This document shows, one piece after another, positions 36,780 through 47,300 of a DNA stretch of 64,000 bases. The position numbers and the translations under genes were made by a program. The stretch is from assembly GCA_029261055.1 (NCBI GenBank), contig JAJDCA010000015.1, positions 83,998-147,997 of the forward strand. Direction: 5' to 3'. The notes beneath the pieces are model-generated. The model worked only from the letters and a program-made list of their open reading frames with translations. It was not told where the DNA came from and made no database searches. This stretch comes from Candidatus Omnitrophota bacterium. Lineage in GTDB: Bacteria > Omnitrophota > Gorgyraeia > Zapsychrales > Zapsychraceae. How positions within the stretch are numbered: the first letter of the stretch is position 1; the number at the start of each line of letters is the position of its first letter.

Positions 36780-38378
36780 ATGATTAAAAAAGTTTTTTGG
36801 ATTTTTACAGCTATGGTGGGTATTGGCAGCGTTTTAGCTTATTTGTTTTTTCCTCCGCTTTTATGGCTACTGGTTATTTTTCTCCCCATAATTTTTCTTG
36901 GTCTGAAAGATATGACTCAAACCAGCCATACCATTTTGCGTAATTATCCTGTCCTGGGACATTTTCGTTATTTGTTAGAGGAGATTCGACCTGAAATTAA
37001 TCAATATTTTGTTGAATCCAATCATGATGGGCGGCCATTTGCCCGGGAAGATCGAACTTTAGTTTATCAACGGGCAAAAGGTGTTTTGGATACGTTACCG
37101 TTTGGAACACAGAAAAATGTTTATGAGCATGGATATGAATGGGTTAATCATTCCTGGAAACCTGTAGAGGTTGACCCAAAAGATTTGCGCGTCACGATTG
37201 GTGGTCCGGATTGCAAAAAGCCTTATAGTGCAAGCATTCTTAACATCAGTGCTATGAGTTATGGGGCGTTAAGTCAGCCGGCTATAATGGCCCTTAATCA
37301 AGGGGCCAAAATGGGGGGATTTGCGCACAATACAGGAGAAGGAAGTGTGAGTCCATATCATCAAAAGGGCGGCGATTTAATTTGGCAAATTGGGACAGGG
37401 TATTTTGGCTGCCGTACAGCGGACGGGAATTTTAATGAAGAAACTTTTGCAAAAAAAGCACAGCTGGATGAAATTAAAATGATTGAAATTAAAATTTCTC
37501 AAGGGGCTAAACCCGGGCATGGAGGGATTTTGCCAGCCGCAAAATTAACAGAAGAAATTGCTGAGATTCGCCATGTGCCAATGGGTGAAGACGTTATGTC
37601 ACCCCCAGCACATAAAGCATTCTCGACGCCGCTTGAATTTGTGGGTTTTATTAAGAAATTGCGCGATTTGTCCGGTGGAAAACCTGTTGGTTTTAAATTT
37701 TGTGTCGGGCGAAGGCGTGAGTTTCTCGCCGTGTGTAAAGCTATGTTAAAAACAGGCATTACGCCGGATTTTATTACGGTGGATGGGGGAGAAGGTGGGA
37801 CAGGTGCGGCCCCGTTAGAATATTCTAATAGTATAGGATGTCCTCTTATGGAGGGATTAATTTTTGTTCATAATTCTCTCGTCGGGAGTGGTTTGCGTGA
37901 CAAAATAAAGATTATAACAAGTTCTAAAGTCTCCACGGGATATGGCATTATTAAACGTCTTGCTGTCGGGGCTGATGTATGTTATTCCGCCCGGGCGATG
38001 ATGATGGCTTTGGGATGTATTCAAGCTTTAAAGTGCAATTCTAATAAATGCCCGACAGGTGTTGCAACGCAAGACTCAGCATTGGCAAAAGGTTTAGTTG
38101 TTGACGACAAAAATAAACGTGTTGCCAATTTTCATAAGGAGACAGTTGAGAGTGTCGCCGAAATGTTAGGTTCCATGGGGTTAGAACATACGAGTGAATT
38201 ACGGCCATGGCATGTTATGCGTCGAGTTAATCCAACAGAAACAAAACATTATGGAGAACTGTATAGATATTTAAAACCCGGCGTATTGTGTGGGGATGAT
38301 ATTCCAGCGCACTATAAAAGAGCCTGGGATTCGGCTTGTCCGACAAGTTTTGACCATGTTACTCTAATTAAGAAATAA
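36780..38378 (+). CDS. FMN-binding glutamate synthase family protein with an N-terminal membrane anchor
   Basis: SAMSYGALS, NTGEG, SQGAKPGHGG, DGGEGGTGAAP, CIQALKCNSNKCPTG. Confidence 0.92.
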   Translation: MIKKVFWIFTAMVGIGSVLAYLFFPPLLWLLVIFLPIIFLGLKDMTQTSHTILRNYPVLGHFRYLLEEIRPEINQYFVESNHDGRPFAREDRTLVYQRAKGVLDTLPFGTQKNVYEHGYEWVNHSWKPVEVDPKDLRVTIGGPDCKKPYSASILNISAMSYGALSQPAIMALNQGAKMGGFAHNTGEGSVSPYHQKGGDLIWQIGTGYFGCRTADGNFNEETFAKKAQLDEIKMIEIKISQGAKPGHGGILPAAKLTEEIAEIRHVPMGEDVMSPPAHKAFSTPLEFVGFIKKLRDLSGGKPVGFKFCVGRRREFLAVCKAMLKTGITPDFITVDGGEGGTGAAPLEYSNSIGCPLMEGLIFVHNSLVGSGLRDKIKIITSSKVSTGYGIIKRLAVGADVCYSARAMMMALGCIQALKCNSNKCPTGVATQDSALAKGLVVDDKNKRVANFHKETVESVAEMLGSMGLEHTSELRPWHVMRRVNPTETKHYGELYRYLKPGVLCGDDIPAHYKRAWDSACPTSFDHVTLIKK

Positions 38379-38390
38379 AGGGGATTAATA

Positions 38391-40034
38391 ATGAAGGCAT
38401 CGGATTTATTTATTAAAGCATTAGAAAATGAAGGCGTTGAATATATTTTTGGAATTCCAGGTGAGGAGAACTTGGATTTTTTGAATTCATTAAAAGATTC
38501 AAAGATTAAACTTATTCTAACGCGGCATGAACAAGCCGCCGGTTTTATGGCCGCCACGTATGGACGGCTTACAGGAAAGGCCGGGGTTTGTCTTTCTACA
38601 TTAGGGCCGGGAGCAACCAATTTTGTGACGGCCGCAGCGTATGCCCAGCTTGGCGGGATGCCCATGCTGATGATAACGGGGCAAAAACCGATTAAGACAA
38701 GTAAACAAGGGCAGTTTCAGATAGTTGATATTGTGGACATGATGAAGCCGTTAACAAAATATACGAAGCAGATAGTCGATGGCGATAATATTCCTTCACG
38801 GGTTAGAGAAGCATTTCGGCTTGCACAAGAAGAGCGGCCGGGGGCTGTTCATTTAGAATTGCCTGAAGATATTGCAAAAGAAGATACGCAAGAATCATTA
38901 TTTGCTCGAAGCCTTGCGCGTCGACCTGTTGCCGAACAAAAAGCTGTCAGCAAAGCGATTGAGTTGATTGAACAAGCTAAAACGCCATTGCTTCTTATCG
39001 GCGCGGGGGCGAATCGGAAGTTGACATCCAAGATGCTTAAAAAATTTGTGGATACCTTTCAAATTCCGTTTGTGAGCACGCAAATGGGTAAAGGTGTGAT
39101 TGATGAACGGCATCCTTTACATTTAGGGAATGCATCACTGTCGGATAAAGATTTTGTTCATTGTGCGATTAATAAAGCTGATTTGATTATCAATGTTGGA
39201 CATGATGTTGTTGAGAAGCCTCCATTTTTTATGCAACACGGGGGTATAAAAGTTATTCATATTAATTTCTTAAGTGCATCTGTTGATCCGGTTTATTTTC
39301 CGCAAGTAGAAGTTATTGGTGATATCGCTAATAGTATTTGGCAGATTAAAGAAAAATTAACGAAACAAGAGCAATGGAATTTTTCTGATGTTTTAAAAAT
39401 TAAGCAAGAATTAGACGCACATTTGAAGATAGGTGTTGATGACAATAGATTTCCAGTTATTCCACAAAGATTCGTGGCCGAGGTGAGAAAAGCAATGCCT
39501 TCCGACGGAATCATTGCCCTGGACAATGGCGTTTATAAGATTTGGTTTGCGCGAAATTATATGGCGCACGAGCCTAATACTGTTTTGTTAGATAACGCAC
39601 TGGCCACCATGGGCGCAGGGTTGCCGTCTGCCATGGGCGCGAAGATTGTTCATCCCGATAGAAAGGTGATGGCGATTTGTGGCGATGGTGGTTTTATGAT
39701 GAATTCACAAGAATTAGAAACATCCGTTCGTTTGAAATTAAATATTGTGGTTCTTATTTTACGGGATAATGCTTATGGTATGATCAAATGGAAACAAACA
39801 GGAATGGGTTTTGAAAATTGGGGTTTGGATTATGGCAACCCTGATTTTGTTAAATATGCGGAAAGTTATGGAGCTAACGGACATCGTGTTAATGCCATTG
39901 AAGAGCTGGGTGCAATACTTGAAAAAAGTATTAATGAAGATGGTGTGCACCTTATAGAGGTTCCTGTTGATTATTCTGAAAATGAAAAAGTGTTAATTAA
40001 AGAGCTACATGGGCGAACATGCTCATCTGGATAG
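38391..40034 (+). CDS. ThDP-dependent acetolactate-synthase-like enzyme (possibly 2-oxoglutarate decarboxylase)
   Basis: FGIPGEENL, TRHEQ, GDGGFMMNSQE. No small-subunit gene adjacent. Confidence 0.85.
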   Translation: MKASDLFIKALENEGVEYIFGIPGEENLDFLNSLKDSKIKLILTRHEQAAGFMAATYGRLTGKAGVCLSTLGPGATNFVTAAAYAQLGGMPMLMITGQKPIKTSKQGQFQIVDIVDMMKPLTKYTKQIVDGDNIPSRVREAFRLAQEERPGAVHLELPEDIAKEDTQESLFARSLARRPVAEQKAVSKAIELIEQAKTPLLLIGAGANRKLTSKMLKKFVDTFQIPFVSTQMGKGVIDERHPLHLGNASLSDKDFVHCAINKADLIINVGHDVVEKPPFFMQHGGIKVIHINFLSASVDPVYFPQVEVIGDIANSIWQIKEKLTKQEQWNFSDVLKIKQELDAHLKIGVDDNRFPVIPQRFVAEVRKAMPSDGIIALDNGVYKIWFARNYMAHEPNTVLLDNALATMGAGLPSAMGAKIVHPDRKVMAICGDGGFMMNSQELETSVRLKLNIVVLILRDNAYGMIKWKQTGMGFENWGLDYGNPDFVKYAESYGANGHRVNAIEELGAILEKSINEDGVHLIEVPVDYSENEKVLIKELHGRTCSSG

Positions 40035-40044
40035 GAGAAAGAAT

Positions 40045-41439
40045 ATGTCTGAAAAAATAAAAGTAACGTCACCCTATGATGGGCATTTGATTAAAGAGAT
40101 TGATCTGGATGATTGGGCAAAAGTTGATGGGATGTTGGCAACGGCTAAATCATTAGCCGATGACAGACGTCAATGTTTAATGATTCCTGAACGTATTAAA
40201 ATTTTAGAAAAGACGGCACAGTTAGTTGAAGATCGTCTAGAAAATTTTGCATTGCAAGCCGCTGAAGAAGGAGGGAAGCCGCTTATTGATTCTCGTGTGG
40301 AGTTAGTACGTGCGGTTAACGGTATTCAGGAAGCTGCGCGATCTCTTAATCATTTGGTGGGGCGTGAAATTCCGATGAATCTTAATGCCGCTTCACTGAA
40401 TCGCATGGCGTATACATTAAGAGAGCCGATAGGGGTTGTTATTGCCGTTAGTGCCTTTAACCATCCTTTTAATCTTATTGTGCATCAGGTTATTCCCGCT
40501 GTTGCAGTTGGTTGTCCGGTTATCGTTAAGCCAGCGGAGACAACCCCGATTTCATGTATCAATTTATTGAATTGTCTTTATGAAGCCGGCTTGCCTAAAG
40601 AATGGGCGCAAATGACGTTATGTAATTTAGAGAATGCAGAAAAATTGGTTACGGATTCTCGGGTGGCTTTTTTGACTTTTATCGGTTCGGCGAAGGTGGG
40701 TTGGATGTTACGGTCAAAAGTAAATCCCGGTGTGCGTTGTGTCCTGGAGCATGGTGGGGCGGCACCTGTTATTGTTGAACCGGATGCAGATATCGATGCG
40801 ATGTTGCCGCTTTTAACTAAAGGTGGATTTTATCATGCAGGTCAGGTTTGTGTTTCTGTTCAGAGAGTTTTTGTGCACGAGTCGATAGTGGATAAGGTTT
40901 CTAAGGGATTGGTTGAATTAGCCAAGAAATTAGTTGTTGGTGATCCTTCGGATACAAAAACAGAAATCGGTCCGCTTATTTTGGAACGCGAAGTTGACCG
41001 CGTTGATCAATGGGTGCAAGAGGCAAAGCAAGGTGGCGCTGAAATTCTAACCGGGGGTAAAAAACAAGGAACAACTTGTTATGAACCGACAATTATTTTG
41101 AATCCTCCCAAAGCCGCTAAAGTTTCTACCGAAGAAATTTTTGGACCTGTGGTATGTATTTATTCATACAAAGATCGCGATGAAGCGATTAAACAGGCGA
41201 ATGATGTTCCGTTTTCTTTTCAAGCGTCCGTGTTTACAAAAAATTTAGATGTGGCCTTAGATACCATGAAACGCTTGGAGGCCCTTACCGTCATGATCAA
41301 CGACCATACCGCTTTTCGTGTTGACTGGATGCCTTTTGGTGCCCGTAAGAAGTCAGGATTAGGTGTTGGCGGCATTGTTCCTACTATGGAAGAAATGACA
41401 GAAGAAAAAATGTTTGTGATAAAAACTGTTGAACAATAA
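40045..41439 (+). CDS. Aldehyde dehydrogenase
   Basis: FNHP, FIGS, LEHGG, GQVCVS, EEIFGP. Start re-called after aggag. Confidence 0.93.
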   Translation: MSEKIKVTSPYDGHLIKEIDLDDWAKVDGMLATAKSLADDRRQCLMIPERIKILEKTAQLVEDRLENFALQAAEEGGKPLIDSRVELVRAVNGIQEAARSLNHLVGREIPMNLNAASLNRMAYTLREPIGVVIAVSAFNHPFNLIVHQVIPAVAVGCPVIVKPAETTPISCINLLNCLYEAGLPKEWAQMTLCNLENAEKLVTDSRVAFLTFIGSAKVGWMLRSKVNPGVRCVLEHGGAAPVIVEPDADIDAMLPLLTKGGFYHAGQVCVSVQRVFVHESIVDKVSKGLVELAKKLVVGDPSDTKTEIGPLILEREVDRVDQWVQEAKQGGAEILTGGKKQGTTCYEPTIILNPPKAAKVSTEEIFGPVVCIYSYKDRDEAIKQANDVPFSFQASVFTKNLDVALDTMKRLEALTVMINDHTAFRVDWMPFGARKKSGLGVGGIVPTMEEMTEEKMFVIKTVEQ

Positions 41440-41445
41440 AAAGGA

Positions 41446-41688
41446 GTGACAATGAATGAGTTAACTTTATACTACAAACAAACGTGTCCGTATTGCAGTA
41501 AAGTCCTTCATTTTATGCAAGAAAAGGATATAAAGGTTGAACTTAAAAGTACGGAAAATGATGATAATAGAAATGAATTAATTCAGCTGGGCGGCAAACC
41601 ACAGGTGCCTTGTCTTGTCATCAAAGGAACAGCAATGTATGAATCAGATGATATTATTCAATGGTTTCAAGAAAATTTAGCCTCATGA
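41446..41688 (+). CDS. Glutaredoxin-like protein
   Basis: CPYC, QVPCL, YESDDI. Confidence 0.9.
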   Translation: MTMNELTLYYKQTCPYCSKVLHFMQEKDIKVELKSTENDDNRNELIQLGGKPQVPCLVIKGTAMYESDDIIQWFQENLAS

Positions 41689-42509
41689 GAAAATATAATT
41701 TAATAATTTTAGCTGGTGGTGAGGATGAAGACTGGTGTCATCAGTACGGCTGTAAAAGAAAAGCTGAATTGCCGCTTTATGGTAAGCCGATGATTGATTT
41801 GGTTGTCGATGCTTTTCATAAAAGTTCATATATCGATCAAATTATAGTTGTTGGGCCTAAAGATCTTGATCAACTGAAATCAATGAAGCATGTTCATAAG
41901 CGGCTTAATGAAGGGAAGTCATTTATTCAAAATCTTCTTAAGGCCGTATATTACATTAAATCGTCGATTTACAAATTTTCTAATAATCATAATGGTTATC
42001 TTATTTCGTTTTGTGATGCAGCCCATCTCAATACAAAGATTATTAATGCAACTTTAGAAAATATGTCTCGGCATGATGCGGGGCTTGTTTTGCATTATGT
42101 AGAAAAAGAAACTATTTCTCAAAGTGGCTTTCCAATTGAAAATCGCACTTTTTTACCTATTGGCGGAAAAAAATATTCAGGTTCTAATATCTATTACGTA
42201 AAGAAAGCCCGGTCGCTGCTGAATGTGGTGTGGGATATTATTAATCTTCGGAAATTACGCAAAGAACCGAAAGAATTTTTAAAATATTTAGATTGTGAAG
42301 AGGGGGGTTGGCCAAAAATTGAAAAAGTTGTAGAACAACATATGCGAACAAAAGTTAAAGTTTTTGTGTCTCCTTTTGCAGAAATGGGTGTGGACGTCGA
42401 TAAACCAATTGATTATGAATTAGCCAAACTGCATACAGCCAAATCGCGCAAGAAGTTTTTAAAGCAGAATGAAGCATCCTCAAGTAACCTCATGCATAGT
42501 CAGAGATAA
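41685..42509 (+). CDS. MobA-like NTP transferase family protein
   Basis: ILAGG, KAEL.L.GKPM, DVDKP.D. ATGA overlap with the glutaredoxin stop. Confidence 0.75.
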   Translation: MRKYNLIILAGGEDEDWCHQYGCKRKAELPLYGKPMIDLVVDAFHKSSYIDQIIVVGPKDLDQLKSMKHVHKRLNEGKSFIQNLLKAVYYIKSSIYKFSNNHNGYLISFCDAAHLNTKIINATLENMSRHDAGLVLHYVEKETISQSGFPIENRTFLPIGGKKYSGSNIYYVKKARSLLNVVWDIINLRKLRKEPKEFLKYLDCEEGGWPKIEKVVEQHMRTKVKVFVSPFAEMGVDVDKPIDYELAKLHTAKSRKKFLKQNEASSSNLMHSQR

Positions 42510-42617
42510 GTATCCTTTCCAAACCCTGTCCGGCAACCGTTATGTCAAACGATTCAACGGCTGGAATCAGCTAACAACTCTTTTGTATGCCCAAGTATTC
42601 CCCCATAATTACCTTTC

Positions 42618-42646
42618 TTGACAATAAACGAACGATCGTTTAATAT
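42618..42646 (+). promoter_or_regulatory. sigma70 promoter with an embedded TetR operator
   Basis: TTGACA-N17-TAATAT; palindrome taaacga-acga-tcgttta (42625-42642); ATG 6 nt after the -10. Confidence 0.8.
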
Positions 42647-42652
42647 CGCAAA

Positions 42653-43228
42653 ATGCGACAATCAGATGAAAATAAAAAAATAGCTATTGGAAAAGCGGCC
42701 ATTCAACTTATTAATTCGGTTGGGTTTGATGGTGCGTCTATATCAAAAATTGCAAAGGTTGCAAATGTTTCACCTGCGACTATCTATACATACTTTGAAA
42801 ACAAGGAAGATATGTTGCTTAAGCTTTATGTGATGGTTAAAAAAGAGCTTGCCATTGCTTTACTTCAGGGTTTAGACGAATCATTGGATATTAAAAAAGG
42901 TATACATTTGATGTTTGAAAGTTTAATTGCCTATTCTGAGAAAAACATTGAAAGTTTTGCGTTTAAAGAGCAATTTGCAAATTGTCCGCTTGTGGCAAAT
43001 GTTTGTGAAGATGAAGAGTTGAGAGCTGTCATTGAGCCGTTAAAATCGTTTATAGAAAAAGGCAAGAGGCAAAATATTCTTAAAGAGGTGTCGATTGAAT
43101 ATATTGGAGCATATCTTTTTCATCCAATTTCAACTCTTATTAAAAGAAAGTATGCCCACCAAGAAAAATTGACAGAAGAAGAAAAGAATCTTATGTTCGC
43201 AATGGGATGGGATGCTATTAGGAAATAA
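42653..43228 (+). CDS. TetR/AcrR family regulator
   Basis: GFDGASISKIAKVANVSPATIYTYFENKEDM HTH. Confidence 0.95.
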   Translation: MRQSDENKKIAIGKAAIQLINSVGFDGASISKIAKVANVSPATIYTYFENKEDMLLKLYVMVKKELAIALLQGLDESLDIKKGIHLMFESLIAYSEKNIESFAFKEQFANCPLVANVCEDEELRAVIEPLKSFIEKGKRQNILKEVSIEYIGAYLFHPISTLIKRKYAHQEKLTEEEKNLMFAMGWDAIRK

Positions 43229-43240
43229 AGGAGAATCATC

Positions 43241-44338
43241 ATGCAAAAAAATAAATTGATACATACCGTAACACTTTCCTTAACATTGATCGGTTTGTGT
43301 TTGTCAGCTATCGGATGTTCTAAAAAGGCTAAAGCGGAAGATCCTAAACCATCCGGGCCTATGTCTGTTAACGTGGTTGGTTTTAAAACACTTCAAAAAG
43401 ATTTATCCGACACTATTTTTGTTGTAGGAACGCTTGTAGCTAATGAATCGGTCAATATCACCAACGAGATTAACGGTATTATTCAAAGTATTAATTTTAA
43501 AGAAGGTCAAAAGGTTGAGAAAGGCGATGTTTTGTTTCAGATTGAAAAGAATAAACTGCAGGCCGGATATGACCAGGCTGTAGCGAATTTGAGGTTGGCG
43601 GAATCGACGGCTAAGCGTTATAAAAATTTGGTGCAGTCCAAGGCTGTATCTCAACAGGAATATGATGAGACGGTGGCAACTCTTGCCTCGAATCGGGCAG
43701 CAGTTCAATTGGCGAAAGAACAACTGGAAGACGCAACGATTATTGCCCCCTTTAGCGGAGTGATGGGTGAACGAATGATCAGCATAGGACAGTTTGTCTC
43801 ACCTGGAGCCCAGTTGAGTTCTTTGTACAATCAAGATCCGATTAAGGTTGCCTTTCATGTGCCGGAGAGGTATCTCGGTGATGTTGCTATCGGACAAATG
43901 ATCGAAATGAAAGTGGCTTCTTATAGTGACAAAACCTACAACGGGGATGTGTATTTTATTGATCCCAAGATTGATGAAACCACGCGTACAGTTTTGGTTA
44001 AAGCGTACGTCGATAACCCCACAGGTGAACTGCGCGAAGGCATGTTTGCCAATATTGAATTAATTGTAGAGATTCGTAAAGATGCTATTTTGATTCCGGA
44101 AACCGCGCTGATTGTCAAAGCTGATGAGGTGTTTGTTTATGTGGTCAAAGAAGATCAAACGGTTGAATTACGTTCAATTCAGACGGGGGCCCGAAATAAG
44201 GGAATGGTGGGTGTTCGTGAAGGATTAAGTAAAGAGGAAGTTGTTATTGTGGAGGGGTATCAAAAATTAGGACCGGGATCTCCGGTTAATGTACGCTTCG
44301 AAGATGTGACTGAGAAAAAACCTTATGAAATTATCTGA
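43241..44338 (+). CDS. RND efflux periplasmic adaptor (MFP) lipoprotein
   Basis: Lipobox AIGC; EGQKVEKGDVL, IIAPFSG, IDPKIDETTRT. Confidence 0.93.
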   Translation: MQKNKLIHTVTLSLTLIGLCLSAIGCSKKAKAEDPKPSGPMSVNVVGFKTLQKDLSDTIFVVGTLVANESVNITNEINGIIQSINFKEGQKVEKGDVLFQIEKNKLQAGYDQAVANLRLAESTAKRYKNLVQSKAVSQQEYDETVATLASNRAAVQLAKEQLEDATIIAPFSGVMGERMISIGQFVSPGAQLSSLYNQDPIKVAFHVPERYLGDVAIGQMIEMKVASYSDKTYNGDVYFIDPKIDETTRTVLVKAYVDNPTGELREGMFANIELIVEIRKDAILIPETALIVKADEVFVYVVKEDQTVELRSIQTGARNKGMVGVREGLSKEEVVIVEGYQKLGPGSPVNVRFEDVTEKKPYEII

Positions 44339-47300
44339 AATAAGTATTAAACGCCCTGTGTTAGCCACGATGATGAATTTGTTGTTGATTCTCTTTGGAG
44401 TGGTTGGCTTATCCCGTCTTCCGGTGCGTGAGCTGCCGGATATTGACCCACCGATTGTCAATGTGCAAACGGTTTATCCAGGGGCCAGTGCCCAGGTTAT
44501 TGAAACTCAGGTGACTGAACCGTTGGAAGATGCTTTAACCAGTGTCGAGGGGATCAAAAAAATTACGAGTGAAAACCGGGAACAATTAAGTTCTATCACG
44601 ATTGAATTTAATTTATCCGAGGATGTGAACGTGGCGGCTCAGGATGTGAGGGATCGTGTTGCAAGAGTACGCGGGCGTTTACCTGATGATATTGACGAAC
44701 CCATTGTGTCAAAGCAAGACGCCGACGCGAGCCCGTCGATTTGGGTGGCGTTGTTTAGTGAACGATTTTCTACGCTTGAGCTTACGACGATTGCAGAAAA
44801 TTTATTTAAGGATCGTTTACAAACCGTTCCCGGTGTGAGTTCTGTTATTCTCGGTGGATCCAAACGTTTTGCTATTCGTATTCGGCTTGATTCCAAAAAG
44901 ATGGCAGCGCGTGGCCTTAGTGTGCTTGATGTAGACCGTGCCTTAACTGAGCAAAGTGTTGAGCTTCCCAGTGGACGTATTGAAAGTCTGCAACGTGAGC
45001 TGTCCATTGAAACGCGCGGACAGCTCAAAAATCCTGACGAATATAATAATCTTGTTATCCGACGTGAGGGCGATGATCTAGTCAGGCTTAAAGATATCGG
45101 TTTTGCTGAAATCGGTGTGGAGGACGAACGGTCTATAGCGCGTTATAACGGCAAACCTGCCGTCGGGATTGGGGTTATTAAGCAGTCTAAGGCCAATATT
45201 ATTGATGTGGCCACAGCACTCAAAGTTGAGCTCGAACGTATCCAGCCCATGATTCCAGAGGGGATTAATTATAATATTCCTTATGACGAATCGATTTATA
45301 TTGAGAAGTCTATTAAGGAAGTTTGGATCACTCTTGCGATAGCGTTTATTTTGGTTATTGGGGTAATCTATATTTTTCTGCACAATGTTCGCTCCACATT
45401 GATTCCGAGTATTACGATTCCTATTTCTATTATTGCCACGTTCGGCATTTTATATTTTTTCGGATATTCTATTAATATTGTGACCATGCTCGCGTTTGTT
45501 TTGGCGATCGGACTTGTGGTAGATGATGCGATTGTTGTTCTGGAAAATATTCACCGGCATATTGAAGAGGGCTTATCGCCGTTTCAGGCATCTTTGCTCG
45601 GGATGAAGGAAATCGGATTTGCTGTTATTGCGACAACGGTTGCCCTTGTGGCTGTATTTCTTCCCATGGCGTTTCAGACAAGTGATACCGGACGGTTATT
45701 TATTGAATTTGCGGTTGCGATTTCATTCAGTGTGATTATTTCGACATTTGTCGCGTTAACTCTTGCGCCGATGATGTGTGCTCGGGTTTTAAAACCTCAT
45801 CATGAAAATCAACGCCAATCATTTCTTTTGAAATTTGAACAATGGTTGTACCGCCGGCGTAAAGGTTATTTAAAAATGTTGGGTTTTACGTTTCGTCATA
45901 TGAGCATTGTGTTTGGTATTTGTGTTTTAGCCGTGGCGGGCGCGTTTTATTTCTACTTAAATTTGGAAAGTGAGTTTCTTCCCGAGGAAGATAAAGGGCG
46001 ATTGTTTTGTATTGTCCTGGCGCCTGAGGGATCAACCAGTGAATATACGGATCGCATGGTGCGAAAGATGGAAGCTATTATACAATCGACACCGGAAGTT
46101 GACGGGTTTTTTACAGCCGTGGCTTTGGCGCGCGGCGGTCCGGGGCAGGCTGCGCAAGGATTATCCTTTATTCGGTTAAAAGAAAAGCGAGACCGTCATG
46201 TACGGGATATTGTCGGCGGACCGACGGGTTTTCGCTCACAGTTCTTTACAACCATTGAAGGTTCATTGGTGATCCCGATTATTCCCAAAGCCATCGGCGG
46301 TGGTTTTTCTCAACCTTATCAGCTTGTCCTTCAGCATCAGGATTTACATGAATTAAATCGTATTGCTGAAGAGTTTAGTAATACTTTGCGTCAGGAAGGG
46401 TTTCTTTTAAATGTGCGTTCTACATTTGAATTAAATAAACCTGAATTACGCGTGCACATTAACCGTAACCGTGCGGCGGTTCTTGGTGTTTCGGTTCAGG
46501 ACATATCACGTGTTTTACAAATTCTTTTCGGTGGATTGGATTTGGCTAAAGTAAATTTAGAGGGGAAGGAATATGATGTTATTGTTCAGTTGGAACGTGC
46601 ATCACGTTTATCTCCGTCGGATTTGGAAAAGATTTATATTCGCAATAATAATGGACAATTGATTCAGTTGAATAATGTCATTGATTATGAAACAGGAGGC
46701 GGGCCTAGTGCGATCAATCACTTCAATCGTCTGCGTTCAGCCACGATTGAGGCCACACCGTTGGATATTCCATTGGGGACGGCGATAGAACGGACTGAGA
46801 AATTATTAAAGGAAAGCAATATCCAAGGGCTTCGATATGAATGGAATGGGGAGGCTTTGGATTTAAAAGAGTCTGGAAGCGAAACGGTCTTTGTCATCCT
46901 GCTTGCGATTTTGATTATTTACATGGTTTTGGCGGCCCAGTTTGAAAGTTTAAAAGATCCACTGGTGATTATGTTTACTCTTCCACTTGCGGTCTTCGGG
47001 GCTTTGGGTTCCTTATGGTTGTTGGCGTATGTGGACCGTATGGCTGTTTCGGGCGTTAGCTTTTTACCGCGTATTCCGGCCATGGGCATCAATCTGTTCA
47101 GTCAGATTGGAATTATTATGCTGATCGGTATTATTACAAAAAATGGTATTCTTTTGGTGGATTTTGCCAATCAGGAAATGGCAAAAGGACAAGATGCGAT
47201 GCGCGCTATGTTGGGTGCGGGTAAGATGCGTTTTCGTCCGATTCTTATGACGGCGTTTTCAACCATAGCAGGGATTTTACCGATTGCCATTGGTTTTGGG

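Noticed and set aside
36780-38378. Canonical gltB call
   Set aside because: Only the FMN/Fe-S domain is present; there is no amidotransferase domain or gltD.
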